Origin: Akkermansiaceae bacterium | Lineage (GTDB): Bacteria > Gemmatimonadota > Gemmatimonadetes > Palauibacterales > Palauibacteraceae | Length of the DNA: 64,000 bases | Assembly: GCA_964195715.1 (NCBI GenBank) | Contig: CAXMRU010000224.1 | Coordinates: 13,601-77,600, forward strand | Reading direction: 5' to 3' | Shown here: piece by piece, positions 27,545 through 36,503 of the stretch | Layout: each line of letters starts with the position of its first letter | Numbering within the stretch: the stretch's first letter is position 1 | Notes under the pieces: model-generated | Told to the model about the DNA's origin: nothing | The model's database searches: none | Seen by the model: the letters and a program-made list of their open reading frames with translations, nothing else | Program-made: the position numbers and the translations under genes

Positions 27545-28471
27545 TCAGAGCTGTACCAGCTCCATCGTGCCCCGGACGGATGCCGCCGAAGCCTCGAGGG
27601 CCAAACGTTCCTCGTCGGACAACTCGACCTCGATCACACCTTCCAGGCCGCCTCGACCGATCTTGCACGGCACGCCGAGGAACAGACCATCGAGCCCGAA
27701 CTCTCCCTCCAGCCACGCGGCGCACGGGAGTACCCGCATCTTGTCGCGGGCAATCGCCTCGACCATCTGGACCGCACCGGAAGAGGGTGCGTAGTAAGCA
27801 GAGCCCGTACCGAGGAGCTTCACGATCTCGCCGCCGCCCTTCCGGGTCCGCGCGACCAGGGCCTCGATCCGATCCGCGGCCATGAGCTGCGTGAGCGGGA
27901 TGCCGCCCACGCTGACCGTGCTGACGATCGGGACCATGCTGTCGCCGTGCCCGCCGAGCACCAACGCCTGGATGTCTTCCACGCTTACGTCCAGTTCCAT
28001 GGCGACAAAGCTTCGGAACCGGGCCGTGTCCAGGATCCCCGCCATGCCGATCACGCGCTCGCGCGGAAAGCCGGCGACCTCCTTGGCTACGTACGCCATC
28101 ACGTCGAGCGGGTTCGTGACCATCACGATGATCGCGTCCGGGCTGTGAAGCTTGATCTGTTCGGCCACCCCGGCGATGATCTGCGTGTTCTTCTGCAAGA
28201 GGTCGTCCCGACTCATTCCCGGCTTCCGGGCCAGCCCCGCGGTCACGACATAGATACCCGAGCCCGCGGTGTCCGCGTAACTCTGGGCTCCCGTAACCAT
28301 GGTGTCGAAGCCCTCCACGGGTGCGGACTCCCACTGGTCCAACGCCTTGCCCTGCGGTACGCCCTCCAGGATGTCGACCAGCACTACTTCCCGAGCGAGC
28401 TCGCGCTCCGCAATTCTCTGCGCTGCGGTCGCGCCGACGTGGCCAGCTCCGACTACGGTTATCTTGTCCAC
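27545..28471 (-). CDS. mdh: malate dehydrogenase (LDH-like, NAD-dependent)
   Basis: 308 aa. GAGHVGAT Rossmann motif, VTNPLD, catalytic GGHGD region, and Arg in the substrate-specificity loop (GLARKPGMSRDDLL). Confidence 0.9.
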   Translation of the reverse strand: MDKITVVGAGHVGATAAQRIAERELAREVVLVDILEGVPQGKALDQWESAPVEGFDTMVTGAQSYADTAGSGIYVVTAGLARKPGMSRDDLLQKNTQIIAGVAEQIKLHSPDAIIVMVTNPLDVMAYVAKEVAGFPRERVIGMAGILDTARFRSFVAMELDVSVEDIQALVLGGHGDSMVPIVSTVSVGGIPLTQLMAADRIEALVARTRKGGGEIVKLLGTGSAYYAPSSGAVQMVEAIARDKMRVLPCAAWLEGEFGLDGLFLGVPCKIGRGGLEGVIEVELSDEERLALEASAASVRGTMELVQL

Positions 28472-28604
28472 GGTGACCGTCCTTGAGTGGAGAGTTTGGA
28501 TTGGGTCTGTCGTCAGAAGAACGGGTGCGGGGGAGGCCGCGCCACGAGTCTTCCAGATTCCAACCTACCCTGCCTGCGTCGATGCGCAACCGGTGGTTGG
28601 GCCT

Positions 28605-29612
28605 TCAGCCGCCGACCTGGCTCAGGGCTCTGAGTCCGCCGCTTCCGCGAGCCGTCCCGAGCTGCAGAAGGTGCCGTTCGGGCTTGCCGGCAAGCGCCTC
28701 ACGAACCGCGTGGACGATGTCCCCGGTGGCTCTCAAAGGGGTCTTCAGATCCACCTCGTGCGTGCCGAACAGGCAGGTCCTCAGCTTTCCGTCCGCGGTG
28801 AGCCGCACCCGATTGCAGCGGTCACAGTAGTTATGGGACAGCGGTGTGATGACACCGACCGTCCCAGGAGCGCCGTCGAATCGGAAGTACGTGGCTGGCC
28901 CGTTCCCCATCGGTCCGGCGGCGGACCGCAGGTCGCCGATGTCCTGGAGGCGCTGGAGCACCGAGTCCGTGGACAGAAATCGCTTCGAGAGATGGAGGTT
29001 GTCTCCCGTTGGCATGAGCTCGATGAACCTGACGTGCCACGGCCGCTTCCGGGTGATTTCAGCAAAGTCCTCAATCTCGTCGTCATTGAGGCCTCGCATG
29101 AGAACCGTATTGATCTTGAGAGGAGCGAAACCCAGGCGTTCCGCCGCAGCGAGTCCCTCCAGCGTGGCGTCGAAGAAGCGCTCGGGACGACGGGCCACAT
29201 CGCGGAAACGTTCCCTGCGCAGCGTGTCCAGGCTTACGTTCACCCGGTTGACGCCCGCCTCCTTGAGATCCATTCCGAATTGAGGAAGCAGGATCGCGTT
29301 CGTCGAAAGCGCAATGTCTTCGATGCCCGGAATCGCGGAGATCTGTCGTACGAGATCCGGGAGGTCGCGCCGCACCAGTGGTTCCCCTCCCGTCAGCCGG
29401 ATGCGACGGAGCCCGTGCTCCGCCATCTGACGAACGACGGAACTGATCTCCTCGTATGTGAGGAACTCGTCCCGGTCAATCCACTCGAGCCCTTCGACCG
29501 GCATGCAATACGTGCACCGGAGATTGCACTTGTCGGTGACCGAGATCCGGAGGTAGTCGATCCGGCGACCGAACTGATCGTGCATCGCTTTGCCGCCAGC
29601 CCCGAGGATCAT
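28605..29612 (-). CDS. moaA: GTP 3',8-cyclase MoaA (radical SAM)
   Basis: CNLRCTYC radical-SAM cluster motif and the C-terminal CDRCNRVRLTADGKLRTCLF auxiliary-cluster region. The track ORF (369 aa) is over-extended. The Met at about 29612 overlaps the moaE stop (ATGA) and gives ~335 aa. The Met at 29585 is an alternative. Confidence 0.85.
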   Translation of the reverse strand: MILGAGGKAMHDQFGRRIDYLRISVTDKCNLRCTYCMPVEGLEWIDRDEFLTYEEISSVVRQMAEHGLRRIRLTGGEPLVRRDLPDLVRQISAIPGIEDIALSTNAILLPQFGMDLKEAGVNRVNVSLDTLRRERFRDVARRPERFFDATLEGLAAAERLGFAPLKINTVLMRGLNDDEIEDFAEITRKRPWHVRFIELMPTGDNLHLSKRFLSTDSVLQRLQDIGDLRSAAGPMGNGPATYFRFDGAPGTVGVITPLSHNYCDRCNRVRLTADGKLRTCLFGTHEVDLKTPLRATGDIVHAVREALAGKPERHLLQLGTARGSGGLRALSQVGG

Positions 29613-30082
29613 TCGCTCCCCCTCACGATCGTCGAAGCCCCGCGCGCGCCCGCCTCGGGGGTGTGCCCCCCCAGCCACTCGCTGGTTCCATCCGCGTACT
29701 CCTCGCGTTTCCACAGAGGCAGGCGACGCTTCAGTTCTTCGATCACGTAAGCGGAGGCCTCGTAGGCCGGCCTTCGGTGCGCTGCCGACACGGCTACGAC
29801 CAGGCTGACGTTGGGAGGCTCCAGGCTGCCGATTCGGTGCTGGACTCCAATCGCCGAAGCTCCCGTGCGTGCCAGCGCTTCTCGCGAGATCTCCTGAAGT
29901 ACGTCTGCGGCCATTCCCACGTAAGCGTCATAGTGAAGTCGAACGACCACTCGGCCTCCGTTGTGGTCTCGAACACGACCCTCAAACAGAATTACTGCCC
30001 CATCGGAGTTGTCGCCAAGCCGGTGCAGAAGCTCCGCTCCGTCGAGCTCCGACTCAGTGACCTCGGCCACCACCACACCGAC
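29609..30082 (-). CDS. moaE: molybdopterin synthase catalytic subunit MoaE
   Basis: GAVILFEGRVRDHNGG and LHYDAY motifs are typical of MoaE. The start is uncertain: GTG candidates at about 30082 and 30112. The track start at 30226 overlaps moaD. Confidence 0.75.
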   Translation of the reverse strand, partial: VGVVVAEVTESELDGAELLHRLGDNSDGAVILFEGRVRDHNGGRVVVRLHYDAYVGMAADVLQEISREALARTGASAIGVQHRIGSLEPPNVSLVVAVSAAHRRPAYEASAYVIEELKRRLPLWKREEYADGTSEWLGGHTPEAGARGASTIVRGSE

Positions 30083-30117
30083 TGGCCTCGCTTCTGCGTG
30101 CCTATCGCCCACGCCGC

Positions 30118-30354
30118 TCAACCGCCGGCAACCGGAGGAATGATCGCAACCTCGTCTCCAACTGCCACGACTGACTCGTCCCGCTCGTAGCGGCGGTTCA
30201 CGGCGATCGCGGATCCCCCGAGCCAACCGCCGAGGACCGGATGCGCCGCCAGCAGTCCGCGCAGATCCGCGACGGTGCCACCAGCGTGGAGCTCGAGCTC
30301 CACGACCGACGATCCTACGATCTCACGGTGCTTGCCGAACAGCTGGACGCGTAC
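30118..30354 (-). CDS. moaD: molybdopterin synthase sulfur-carrier subunit MoaD (ends in Gly-Gly)
   Basis: C-terminal ...IIPPVAGG-stop and an N-terminal VRVQLFG beta-grasp start. The putative GTG start at about 30354 avoids overlap with the upstream 90-aa gene. Confidence 0.7.
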   Translation of the reverse strand, partial: VRVQLFGKHREIVGSSVVELELHAGGTVADLRGLLAAHPVLGGWLGGSAIAVNRRYERDESVVAVGDEVAIIPPVAGG

Positions 30355-30368
30355 GGGAAAGCGGTCGT

Positions 30369-30641
30369 TCACTCGGCCGGACTCGCGGTCTCGAGCCAGG
30401 AGAGGAACTTCCCGACCGCATTCTGACGACGAAGGGTGCTGACGCGCACCCGCGTACCGTCTACGGCTTCGTCTTCCCAAGCGGAAATGGCAAGTCGGCT
30501 CCGGAAAGTGGCCACTGTCACGTGGCGCTCGCTCTCGTCCACAACAGTGGCTGCGAAAACGGAATCCTCACCTGTGAAGAACCGGCGCGCCTCGTCAAGA
30601 ACCTGAGCCGGAGCCAGAGGTGTGGTGGTCTCGGTGATCAT
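30369..30641 (-). CDS. hypothetical 90-aa protein, first gene of the moaD-moaE-moaA operon
   Basis: ORF MITETTTPLAPAQVLDEARRFFTGEDSVFAATVVDESERHVTVATFRSRLAISAWEDEAVDGTRVRVSTLRRQNAVGKFLSWLETASPAE. GC3-rich codons fit the genome. No recognisable family. Confidence 0.5.
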   Translation of the reverse strand: MITETTTPLAPAQVLDEARRFFTGEDSVFAATVVDESERHVTVATFRSRLAISAWEDEAVDGTRVRVSTLRRQNAVGKFLSWLETASPAE

Positions 30642-30665
30642 GCGTCGCTCACGTAGGAATTGACC

Positions 30666-30694
30666 TTGACGCCGTTCCGACGTCGCGAATAAAT
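30666..30694 (+). promoter_or_regulatory. near-consensus sigma70-type promoter TTGACG-N17-ATAAAT upstream of the aminotransferase gene
   Basis: Hexamers and the 17-nt spacer read from the sequence. The predicted TSS at about 30701 leaves a ~100-nt leader before the conserved Met at 30800. Confidence 0.4.
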
Positions 30695-30799
30695 TTTCTG
30701 TTCGTGGAGGTTCGTGTTGCCCGCCCTCCGAAACACGCTGCGCCGGAAACTAGCGCTCGGACGAACCTGCAACAATCACCCGAATCTCGGGGGTTCCAC

Positions 30800-31960
30800 A
30801 TGCGGTTCTCAAAGAACATATCCTCCCTCGTTCCGTCCCCTACCCTGGCGATCAGCGCACGGGCCAAGCAGATGCGGGCAGCCGGGGAGTCGGTCATAGA
30901 CCTGTCTGCCGGAGAGCCCTCGTTCCCCACGCCGGACGTGGGCATCGCGGGGGGCGTAGATTTCGTCCGCTCTGGCAAGTCCGGATACCCGCCGACGCCA
31001 GGCATCCCGCAGCTCAGATCAGCGGTAGCCGACTACATCAACGGATCCACTGAACTCGCGTCGCTCGAGCCGGCGAACGTGATCATCTCGGCCGGAGTCA
31101 AGCAGGCGCTGTTCAATCTCTCCTTCTGCCTTTTCCAGGAGGGCGATGAGGTCCTCGTTCCCACTCCCTACTGGCCGACTTATCTGGCGGTCGTTCAGCT
31201 CGCGGGCGCCCTTCCCGTAATCGTCCCAACGGCGTGGGACGACGGTTTCCGAATCGACATCGACGAGCTGGAGAGGCTGCGGACTCCAGCCACGAAGGCG
31301 ATCTTCCTCAACTCTCCAGGAAACCCGAGCGGCGGTGTGTACGACCGGGACCAGATGGAGCAGTTAGCCGCATGGGCCAGGGAGAACGACGTGTGGATCG
31401 TGTCCGACGAGATCTACCGGCGCCTGTATTACCAGGGAGACTCCGCCCCCTCGATCTATGACGTCGCCCACGCCGCTGACCGCGTCGTACATCTCGACGG
31501 CGTCTCGAAAGCCTTCTCGATGCCGGGCTGGCGAATCGGCTATGCCGCGGCACCCACGGAGCTCATTCAGAAGATGTCCGCCCTGCAGAGCCAGACGACA
31601 TCCGGCGCCGCCGGCCCGTCGCAGCATGCGGCCGCCGCGGTCCTCGCTTCGCCCGAGCGTGACAACATCGTCCGCGGCTTCAAGGACATCTTGCACCGCC
31701 GGCGTGATACGGCAGTCGAGGCCCTCCGGGACGTGCCCGGATTGGAAATGCGGGTGCCTGCGGGAGCCATATACCTGTATGTACGGCTTATGGAATCGGA
31801 AGACTCCCTGGGAGTCGCCGAGGAGCTGCTGCTGGAGGCAGGTGTGGCATCGGTGCCGGGCGAGCCATTCGGAACGCCCGGCTACCTGCGGCTGAACTAC
31901 TCTGTGGCGGACGACGAACTAGCCGAGGGCCTCGCCCGCATAAGGACCTTCTTTTCCTGA
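30800..31960 (+). CDS. aspartate/aromatic aminotransferase (PLP-dependent, class I)
   Basis: From the Met at 30800: MRFSKNISSLVPSPTLAISARAKQMRAAGESVIDLSAGEPSF. PLP-lysine region SKAFSMPGWRIGY is present. The track GTG start at 30704 adds a non-conserved extension. Confidence 0.85.
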   Translation: MRFSKNISSLVPSPTLAISARAKQMRAAGESVIDLSAGEPSFPTPDVGIAGGVDFVRSGKSGYPPTPGIPQLRSAVADYINGSTELASLEPANVIISAGVKQALFNLSFCLFQEGDEVLVPTPYWPTYLAVVQLAGALPVIVPTAWDDGFRIDIDELERLRTPATKAIFLNSPGNPSGGVYDRDQMEQLAAWARENDVWIVSDEIYRRLYYQGDSAPSIYDVAHAADRVVHLDGVSKAFSMPGWRIGYAAAPTELIQKMSALQSQTTSGAAGPSQHAAAAVLASPERDNIVRGFKDILHRRRDTAVEALRDVPGLEMRVPAGAIYLYVRLMESEDSLGVAEELLLEAGVASVPGEPFGTPGYLRLNYSVADDELAEGLARIRTFFS

Positions 31961-31970
31961 CTCGATCGTT

Positions 31971-32007
31971 TGCTGCGGCCGTCTCGAAACACCGACCGGC
32001 CGCAGCA
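31971..32007. terminator. perfect 11-bp stem hairpin (TGCTGCGGCCG / CGGCCGCAGCA) between convergent aminotransferase and IHF/HU genes
   Basis: Inverted repeat read from the sequence, with a 15-nt loop. Weak U-tracts on both sides. Confidence 0.45.
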
Positions 32008-32023
32008 TTCCCATCCGACCGAC

Positions 32024-32311
32024 TCAGGCGGACTCCTCAACCTGCTTCTTGAACAGACGCGACGGCTTGAATACCGGTACGGCTCGCGCCGGTACCGCGA
32101 CGGAATCGCCCGTCCTCGGATTGCGGGCGATGCGAGGCTTCCGATTCCTGACCTTGAAAGTCCCGAAGCCCCGGATTTCGATGTGCTCTCCGTTGGCGAT
32201 CGCCTGTCTTACGGCGTTCAGAAACGCATCGATCACGGCTGCGCAGTCCTTCTTCGTAACGCCCGGCCCGATCGCTTCGTGTACCTGTTCGACGAGGTCA
32301 GCCTTGGTCAT
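32024..32311 (-). CDS. HU/IHF-family DNA-binding protein
   Basis: 95 aa. GFGTFKVRNRKPRIARNPRTGDSV arm region is typical of the IHF/HU beta-ribbon. Confidence 0.85.
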   Translation of the reverse strand: MTKADLVEQVHEAIGPGVTKKDCAAVIDAFLNAVRQAIANGEHIEIRGFGTFKVRNRKPRIARNPRTGDSVAVPARAVPVFKPSRLFKKQVEESA

Positions 32312-32368
32312 GTCAACTCCCTCTTCGCCGGTGGTTGATGGTCCGACCTGGCCCCTGACGGGGTATGA

Positions 32369-33301
32369 TCACGGCCATTGATAGCGGAGTCTCGGTCCGG
32401 ACAGAGACCGATCGAGGATGCTCCTCACGATGAGGTGCAGTCTCGACTCCTCCACTCCGCGGATTATGTCCCAGAATCCCAAACGTCGCTCCGCCGGGCG
32501 TACGGTACGCGGATTCTCTCCGAGTCCCGCCATCCGGCCGGCCACATCCACGGCTTCGCGCAGCGTCGCCGTCCGATCCACGAGTCCGGCCCGGGAGGCC
32601 TGCGCTCCCGACATCACACGTCCATCCGCAAGTGACTCTGCTTGCTCACGCCCCAGCTCCCTGTTCTCTACCACGGCCGCAAGGAACTGGTCGTAGACGT
32701 CGTCCACCAGGTCCTGGAGCACGCGCCGCTCCTCGCCCGTGAGATCCCGGACAGGCGAACCCAGGCCCTTCAAATCACCGCTCTTCACGACCTCCAGCCC
32801 TACGCCTACCTTTCTCAGGAGCTCCCCTGCGTTCGGGAATTGCATGATCACGCCAATGGATCCGGTGAGGGCACTCGGCAGCGCCAGAATGCTGTCAGCA
32901 CCCAGGGCGACGTAGTAGCCGCCGGATGCGCCGATCTCTCCTATCCACGCCACGACGGGTCGCTCATCTTCGTCCCGGAGACGAGCGAGCTCGGAGTACA
33001 TGCTCTGGGCCGCCCCCGCGACGCCACCCGGGGACCTGATCTCTATGACGAACCCACGGACGGACTCGTCCTCGCGGAACTGCTCGAGCCGTTGGAGAAA
33101 CGTCCCGTCCGATTCGATCACGCCCGTGACCGGGATGATCGCCACCCGATCGGAGGAAACGAAGGGAACATGTCCCCCGAGCATCAGGCGACCGACCACG
33201 GCTGCACCGATCGCGAAGAACGCTAGAAGAATAGCAATGCTGAGAACCGTCGTGCGACGTTGCACGTCAAGTGGCTCCCGCGTGCGGAGATTAGCCTCCA
33301 T
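32369..33301 (-). CDS. sppA: signal peptide peptidase SppA (36K type, S49 family)
   Basis: 310 aa. N-terminal TM helix, ASGGYY catalytic Ser region and the lysine of the Ser-Lys dyad. Confidence 0.85.
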   Translation of the reverse strand: MEANLRTREPLDVQRRTTVLSIAILLAFFAIGAAVVGRLMLGGHVPFVSSDRVAIIPVTGVIESDGTFLQRLEQFREDESVRGFVIEIRSPGGVAGAAQSMYSELARLRDEDERPVVAWIGEIGASGGYYVALGADSILALPSALTGSIGVIMQFPNAGELLRKVGVGLEVVKSGDLKGLGSPVRDLTGEERRVLQDLVDDVYDQFLAAVVENRELGREQAESLADGRVMSGAQASRAGLVDRTATLREAVDVAGRMAGLGENPRTVRPAERRLGFWDIIRGVEESRLHLIVRSILDRSLSGPRLRYQWP

Positions 33302-33390
33302 GGTGGGGATGCTGCCGCTGGATACACGGGCCGGCCCGCGTCCGCGGCGCCCCCAGACCGGTGCAAACTAGCGCCGTGCCCGAAACCGTG

Positions 33391-34551
33391 TCAACCGGTT
33401 GGCACCGCAGAAGTTGCGTCCATCGCTTCGACGAACCGCCGAAACAGGTACCGGCTGTCGTGCGGGCCCGGGGCCGCCTCGGGATGATACTGGACCGCAA
33501 ATACAGGTCGCGACGCATGGGCCAGCCCCTCTACGGTCCCGTCGTTGAGGTTCCGGTGAGTGACTCTCAGCTCCACCGCACCTTCCGCCAAACCGTCCAT
33601 TTCGGCGATCGCAAAGCCGTGATTCTGTGAAGTGATCTCGATTGCGCCCGTGTCGAGGTTGCGTACCGGATGGTTCCCTCCCCGGTGTCCGTACGGCAGC
33701 TTGTACGTCCGCCCGCCGAACGCCCGTGCGACCAACTGGCAACCGAGGCATATCCCGAATACCGGTACCCCTGCATCGCTCACGGCCCGGACGGTCTCCG
33801 CCGCACCCGGCACAGCAGAGGGGTCTCCGGGACCGTTGGATACGAACAGGCCCGCCGGTTGCCGCCGCAGGATTCCCTCCGGTCTGACGCTCGCCGGCAG
33901 CACCTCGACTCGATAACCATCCGCGGCTATCAGATCGAGACTACGCCGCTTCACTCCGAAGTCAAGGCAGACGACGACACCTTTCTCCGGGCCCCGCGCC
34001 TGGACCGAATACGGTTCCCTCGTCGACACACCGGTCGCCAGATCGAGCCCTGCCATAACCGGGTGGGAGGCCAACCGCTCCAGACCTTCCTCGATCGAGA
34101 GGGAGGAGGGAGCGATCAGCGCGCGCATCGCGCCCCTGTCCCGGACATGCCGCGTGATCGCCCGTGTGTCTGCGCCGGTGAGTACTGATATCCCATGTGT
34201 CGTCAGATACCGATCGAGCCCCTCCGCAGCTCGCCAGCCGCTCGTCACCCTCGACATTTCCCGTATAACGAAGCCGGAGACCCAGGGCCTGGATGCCTGC
34301 TCGTCCGCCGGCGTGACCCCGTAGTTGCCTATCATGGGAGCGGTCATCACGACGATCTGCCCGGCGAAGGAAGGATCCGTGAGCACCTCCTGGTAGCCGG
34401 TCAAATTGGTCGTAAACACCAACTCGCCGGCGGCATCGTTGGCCGCGCCTGCCAACCGACCCGGCCACGTCTTTCCGTCCTCCAGAAGAAGGAACCCGTT
34501 CAGATCTTGCGCGAGGGTCACCGCTGCCATCCAATTGAGGTTCACGATCAC
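33391..34551 (-). CDS. carA: carbamoyl-phosphate synthase small (glutaminase) subunit
   Basis: GICLGCQL catalytic Cys and the HGFAIA...YHPEA His/Glu of the triad. The start may be the Met at 34530 (MAAVTLAQDLNGFLLLEDG). Confidence 0.9.
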   Translation of the reverse strand: MIVNLNWMAAVTLAQDLNGFLLLEDGKTWPGRLAGAANDAAGELVFTTNLTGYQEVLTDPSFAGQIVVMTAPMIGNYGVTPADEQASRPWVSGFVIREMSRVTSGWRAAEGLDRYLTTHGISVLTGADTRAITRHVRDRGAMRALIAPSSLSIEEGLERLASHPVMAGLDLATGVSTREPYSVQARGPEKGVVVCLDFGVKRRSLDLIAADGYRVEVLPASVRPEGILRRQPAGLFVSNGPGDPSAVPGAAETVRAVSDAGVPVFGICLGCQLVARAFGGRTYKLPYGHRGGNHPVRNLDTGAIEITSQNHGFAIAEMDGLAEGAVELRVTHRNLNDGTVEGLAHASRPVFAVQYHPEAAPGPHDSRYLFRRFVEAMDATSAVPTG

Positions 34552-34572
34552 GCCGATACATTGCGGAGCGCT

Positions 34573-35175
34573 ATGGCATCCGATCTGGTGTATATCTACG
34601 CGGACGAATCCTGCCTCGGCAACCAGCGACAGGACGTTGCCCGACCCGGGGCCGCTGCCGGCATGCTCGAGCGGTTCGACGATCGCAAGGGCTGGTACCG
34701 GAGAGATTTCGCCGCGTTCGAACCCGACACGACGAACAACCGAATGGCCCTGTGGTCGGCCATACTAGGCCTGTCGGCCCTCAAGAGGCCCTGCGACGTC
34801 GTATTCACGTCCGACAGCCAGTACCTCGTGCGCGGAATGAAGGACTGGGTGCACGGTTGGGCTCGGAGAGGTTGGAAGCGCAAGGGTGGACCGATCGAGA
34901 ACCTGGATCTGTGGCGACGCCTCGTCGCCGGTGCGGCCATGCACCGGGTAGAGTGGCGCTGGGTGCGGGGACACGCCGAGCACCCGAAGAACGAGTACGC
35001 CAATGACCTGGTCGTCGCGACGGCCAGGTCAGGCAAAGCCCCGGCCGGACTCGTGTCCTCGAGTTTCGAGGAATGGCTGGCGGAGCAAGTGGATCTTGGC
35101 AGGTTCGTCGACTACCTGGACCTGCCGCCGGACGAACCGTTCAAGCCGGACCCCGCGGTGTCAGCAGAGCCCTGA
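34573..35175 (+). CDS. rnhA: ribonuclease HI with a ~50-aa acidic/Pro-rich C-terminal extension
   Basis: From the Met at about 34573: MASDLVYIYADESCLGNQ... with DEDD catalytic residues (ADES, ...TSDSQY..., ...NDLVV). The track ORF start at 34195 is antisense run-on into carA. Confidence 0.8.
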   Translation: MASDLVYIYADESCLGNQRQDVARPGAAAGMLERFDDRKGWYRRDFAAFEPDTTNNRMALWSAILGLSALKRPCDVVFTSDSQYLVRGMKDWVHGWARRGWKRKGGPIENLDLWRRLVAGAAMHRVEWRWVRGHAEHPKNEYANDLVVATARSGKAPAGLVSSSFEEWLAEQVDLGRFVDYLDLPPDEPFKPDPAVSAEP

Positions 35176-35209
35176 TCCCGCTGTCAGCAGGGCCCTGTTC
35201 TGGCTGGAG

Positions 35210-35614
35210 TCAGTCGCCTTCGGGATTCTCTTCGGGGGCGCCGGTCTCACCTTCCGCTGGAACTTGAACCGGTACCGGGGTGACCTGCGTTCCCTGCCCC
35301 TCCGTCTCCAGAACGGATGCAGGTGGTGCCGCCCGCTGTCCAGCATCCTGGCGGAGGATCGACTCCGGCGCGGTCGATTGACGGGCCGACAGAACGGCCA
35401 GCAGTAGCGCCAGTACCAGGAATGCTCCTCCTCCATACCACGTGGCCCGCGTCAGGAAGTTGGCTGTCTGCCGTCCTCCCATGAATGAATCCGTGGACGA
35501 CGAAGCGCCCCCGAACTCAGCCGCCAGACCGCCGCCCTTACCGGACTGCAGCAATACGATCAAGATTAGCAGAAACGAGATGATGCCAATCAGAGCCGTT
35601 AGTAGCGTATACAT
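35210..35614 (-). CDS. secG: preprotein translocase subunit SecG
   Basis: 134 aa. LLQSGKGGGL...FGG signature after the first TM helix, followed by a Pro/Glu-rich tail. Confidence 0.85.
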   Translation of the reverse strand: MYTLLTALIGIISFLLILIVLLQSGKGGGLAAEFGGASSSTDSFMGGRQTANFLTRATWYGGGAFLVLALLLAVLSARQSTAPESILRQDAGQRAAPPASVLETEGQGTQVTPVPVQVPAEGETGAPEENPEGD

Positions 35615-35632
35615 TCCGCCTCTTCCTCGCGT

Positions 35633-35670
35633 GACAAAAAAGGTGCGGGCCTCCTGACAGGGCCCACACC
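35633..35670 (-). terminator. rho-independent terminator downstream of tpiA (hairpin GGUGUGGGCCC-loop-GGCCCGCACC followed by UUUUUUGU), immediately ahead of the secG Shine-Dalgarno
   Basis: Stem-loop plus a run of six T on the minus strand, read from the sequence. GAGGAAGAGG lies between it and the secG ATG. Confidence 0.65.
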
Positions 35671-35738
35671 GGCTGTAAAATTAGGGATTCCCGCGAACGG
35701 AGTCAACGTCGGAGACGCACACCCCTTCCTACCTGCCC

Positions 35739-36497
35739 TCAACGTCCAGCCGAGCAGATCGCAGCGAAGCCCTCGGGATCCAGACTGGCGCCACCGACCA
35801 GGGCTCCGTCGACTCCGTGCGCCGACAGCAGCTCGTCGATGTTGGCCGGTTTCACACTTCCACCGTACAGAATGACCGCGTCCGCGGGACCGCCGCGCAT
35901 CTCGATCTCGCGTCGCACGACCGCGTGCGCCGCCGCCGCGTCATCCGCCGACGCCGTACGCCCGGTGCCGATAGCCCAGACGGGTTCGTACGCATACGTG
36001 AGACTCGCGATGCCGTGGCCGTCCAACGTGTCGAGGACTGCTTTGATCTGCCGAGACAGAACGATCTCCAACTGGTCCGCCTCGCGCTCTTCGAGCGTCT
36101 CGCCCACGCACAGGAGGGGACGGGTGTCGGACTCGAGTATCCGGTCCACCTTCGCCGCCACCGTCGCGTCGTCGTCGCCAAACTCACGCCTCCGTTCCGA
36201 ATGTCCAGCCAGAGCCCAGCCAACGCCCGCCTCCTTCGCCATCGCGGCCGACACCGCACCCGTGTGGGCCCCCGCCGCAGCCTCGTGAACGTCCTGCACG
36301 CCCAGCTCCAGATCTGGCCGACCCGCAGACGCGTCTTGAAACGCGGTAACACTGATGGACGGCGGAAAGAACACGACCCGGGCGTCGTCACGCGGAGAAT
36401 GAAGTTCGGCGAATGCCGCAACGAACTCCGACGCTCCTCGCGGACCCAGATGCATCTTCCAGTTCGCCGCGAACATCGGTCGTCTTGAATCGTTCAT
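35739..36497 (-). CDS. tpiA: triose-phosphate isomerase
   Basis: 252 aa. AANWKMH N-terminus, catalytic AYEPVWAIGTG and GGSV loops. Confidence 0.95.
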   Translation of the reverse strand: MNDSRRPMFAANWKMHLGPRGASEFVAAFAELHSPRDDARVVFFPPSISVTAFQDASAGRPDLELGVQDVHEAAAGAHTGAVSAAMAKEAGVGWALAGHSERRREFGDDDATVAAKVDRILESDTRPLLCVGETLEEREADQLEIVLSRQIKAVLDTLDGHGIASLTYAYEPVWAIGTGRTASADDAAAAHAVVRREIEMRGGPADAVILYGGSVKPANIDELLSAHGVDGALVGGASLDPEGFAAICSAGR

Positions 36498-36503
36498 CGT
36501 TCC

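Noticed and set aside
30642-30799. Possibility of a molybdenum-cofactor (Moco) riboswitch upstream of the moa operon
   Set aside because: The region is only about 160 nt, is shared with a divergent promoter, and I could not recognise the conserved Moco-riboswitch helices or loops by eye. An Rfam covariance scan would be needed, so it is not claimed.
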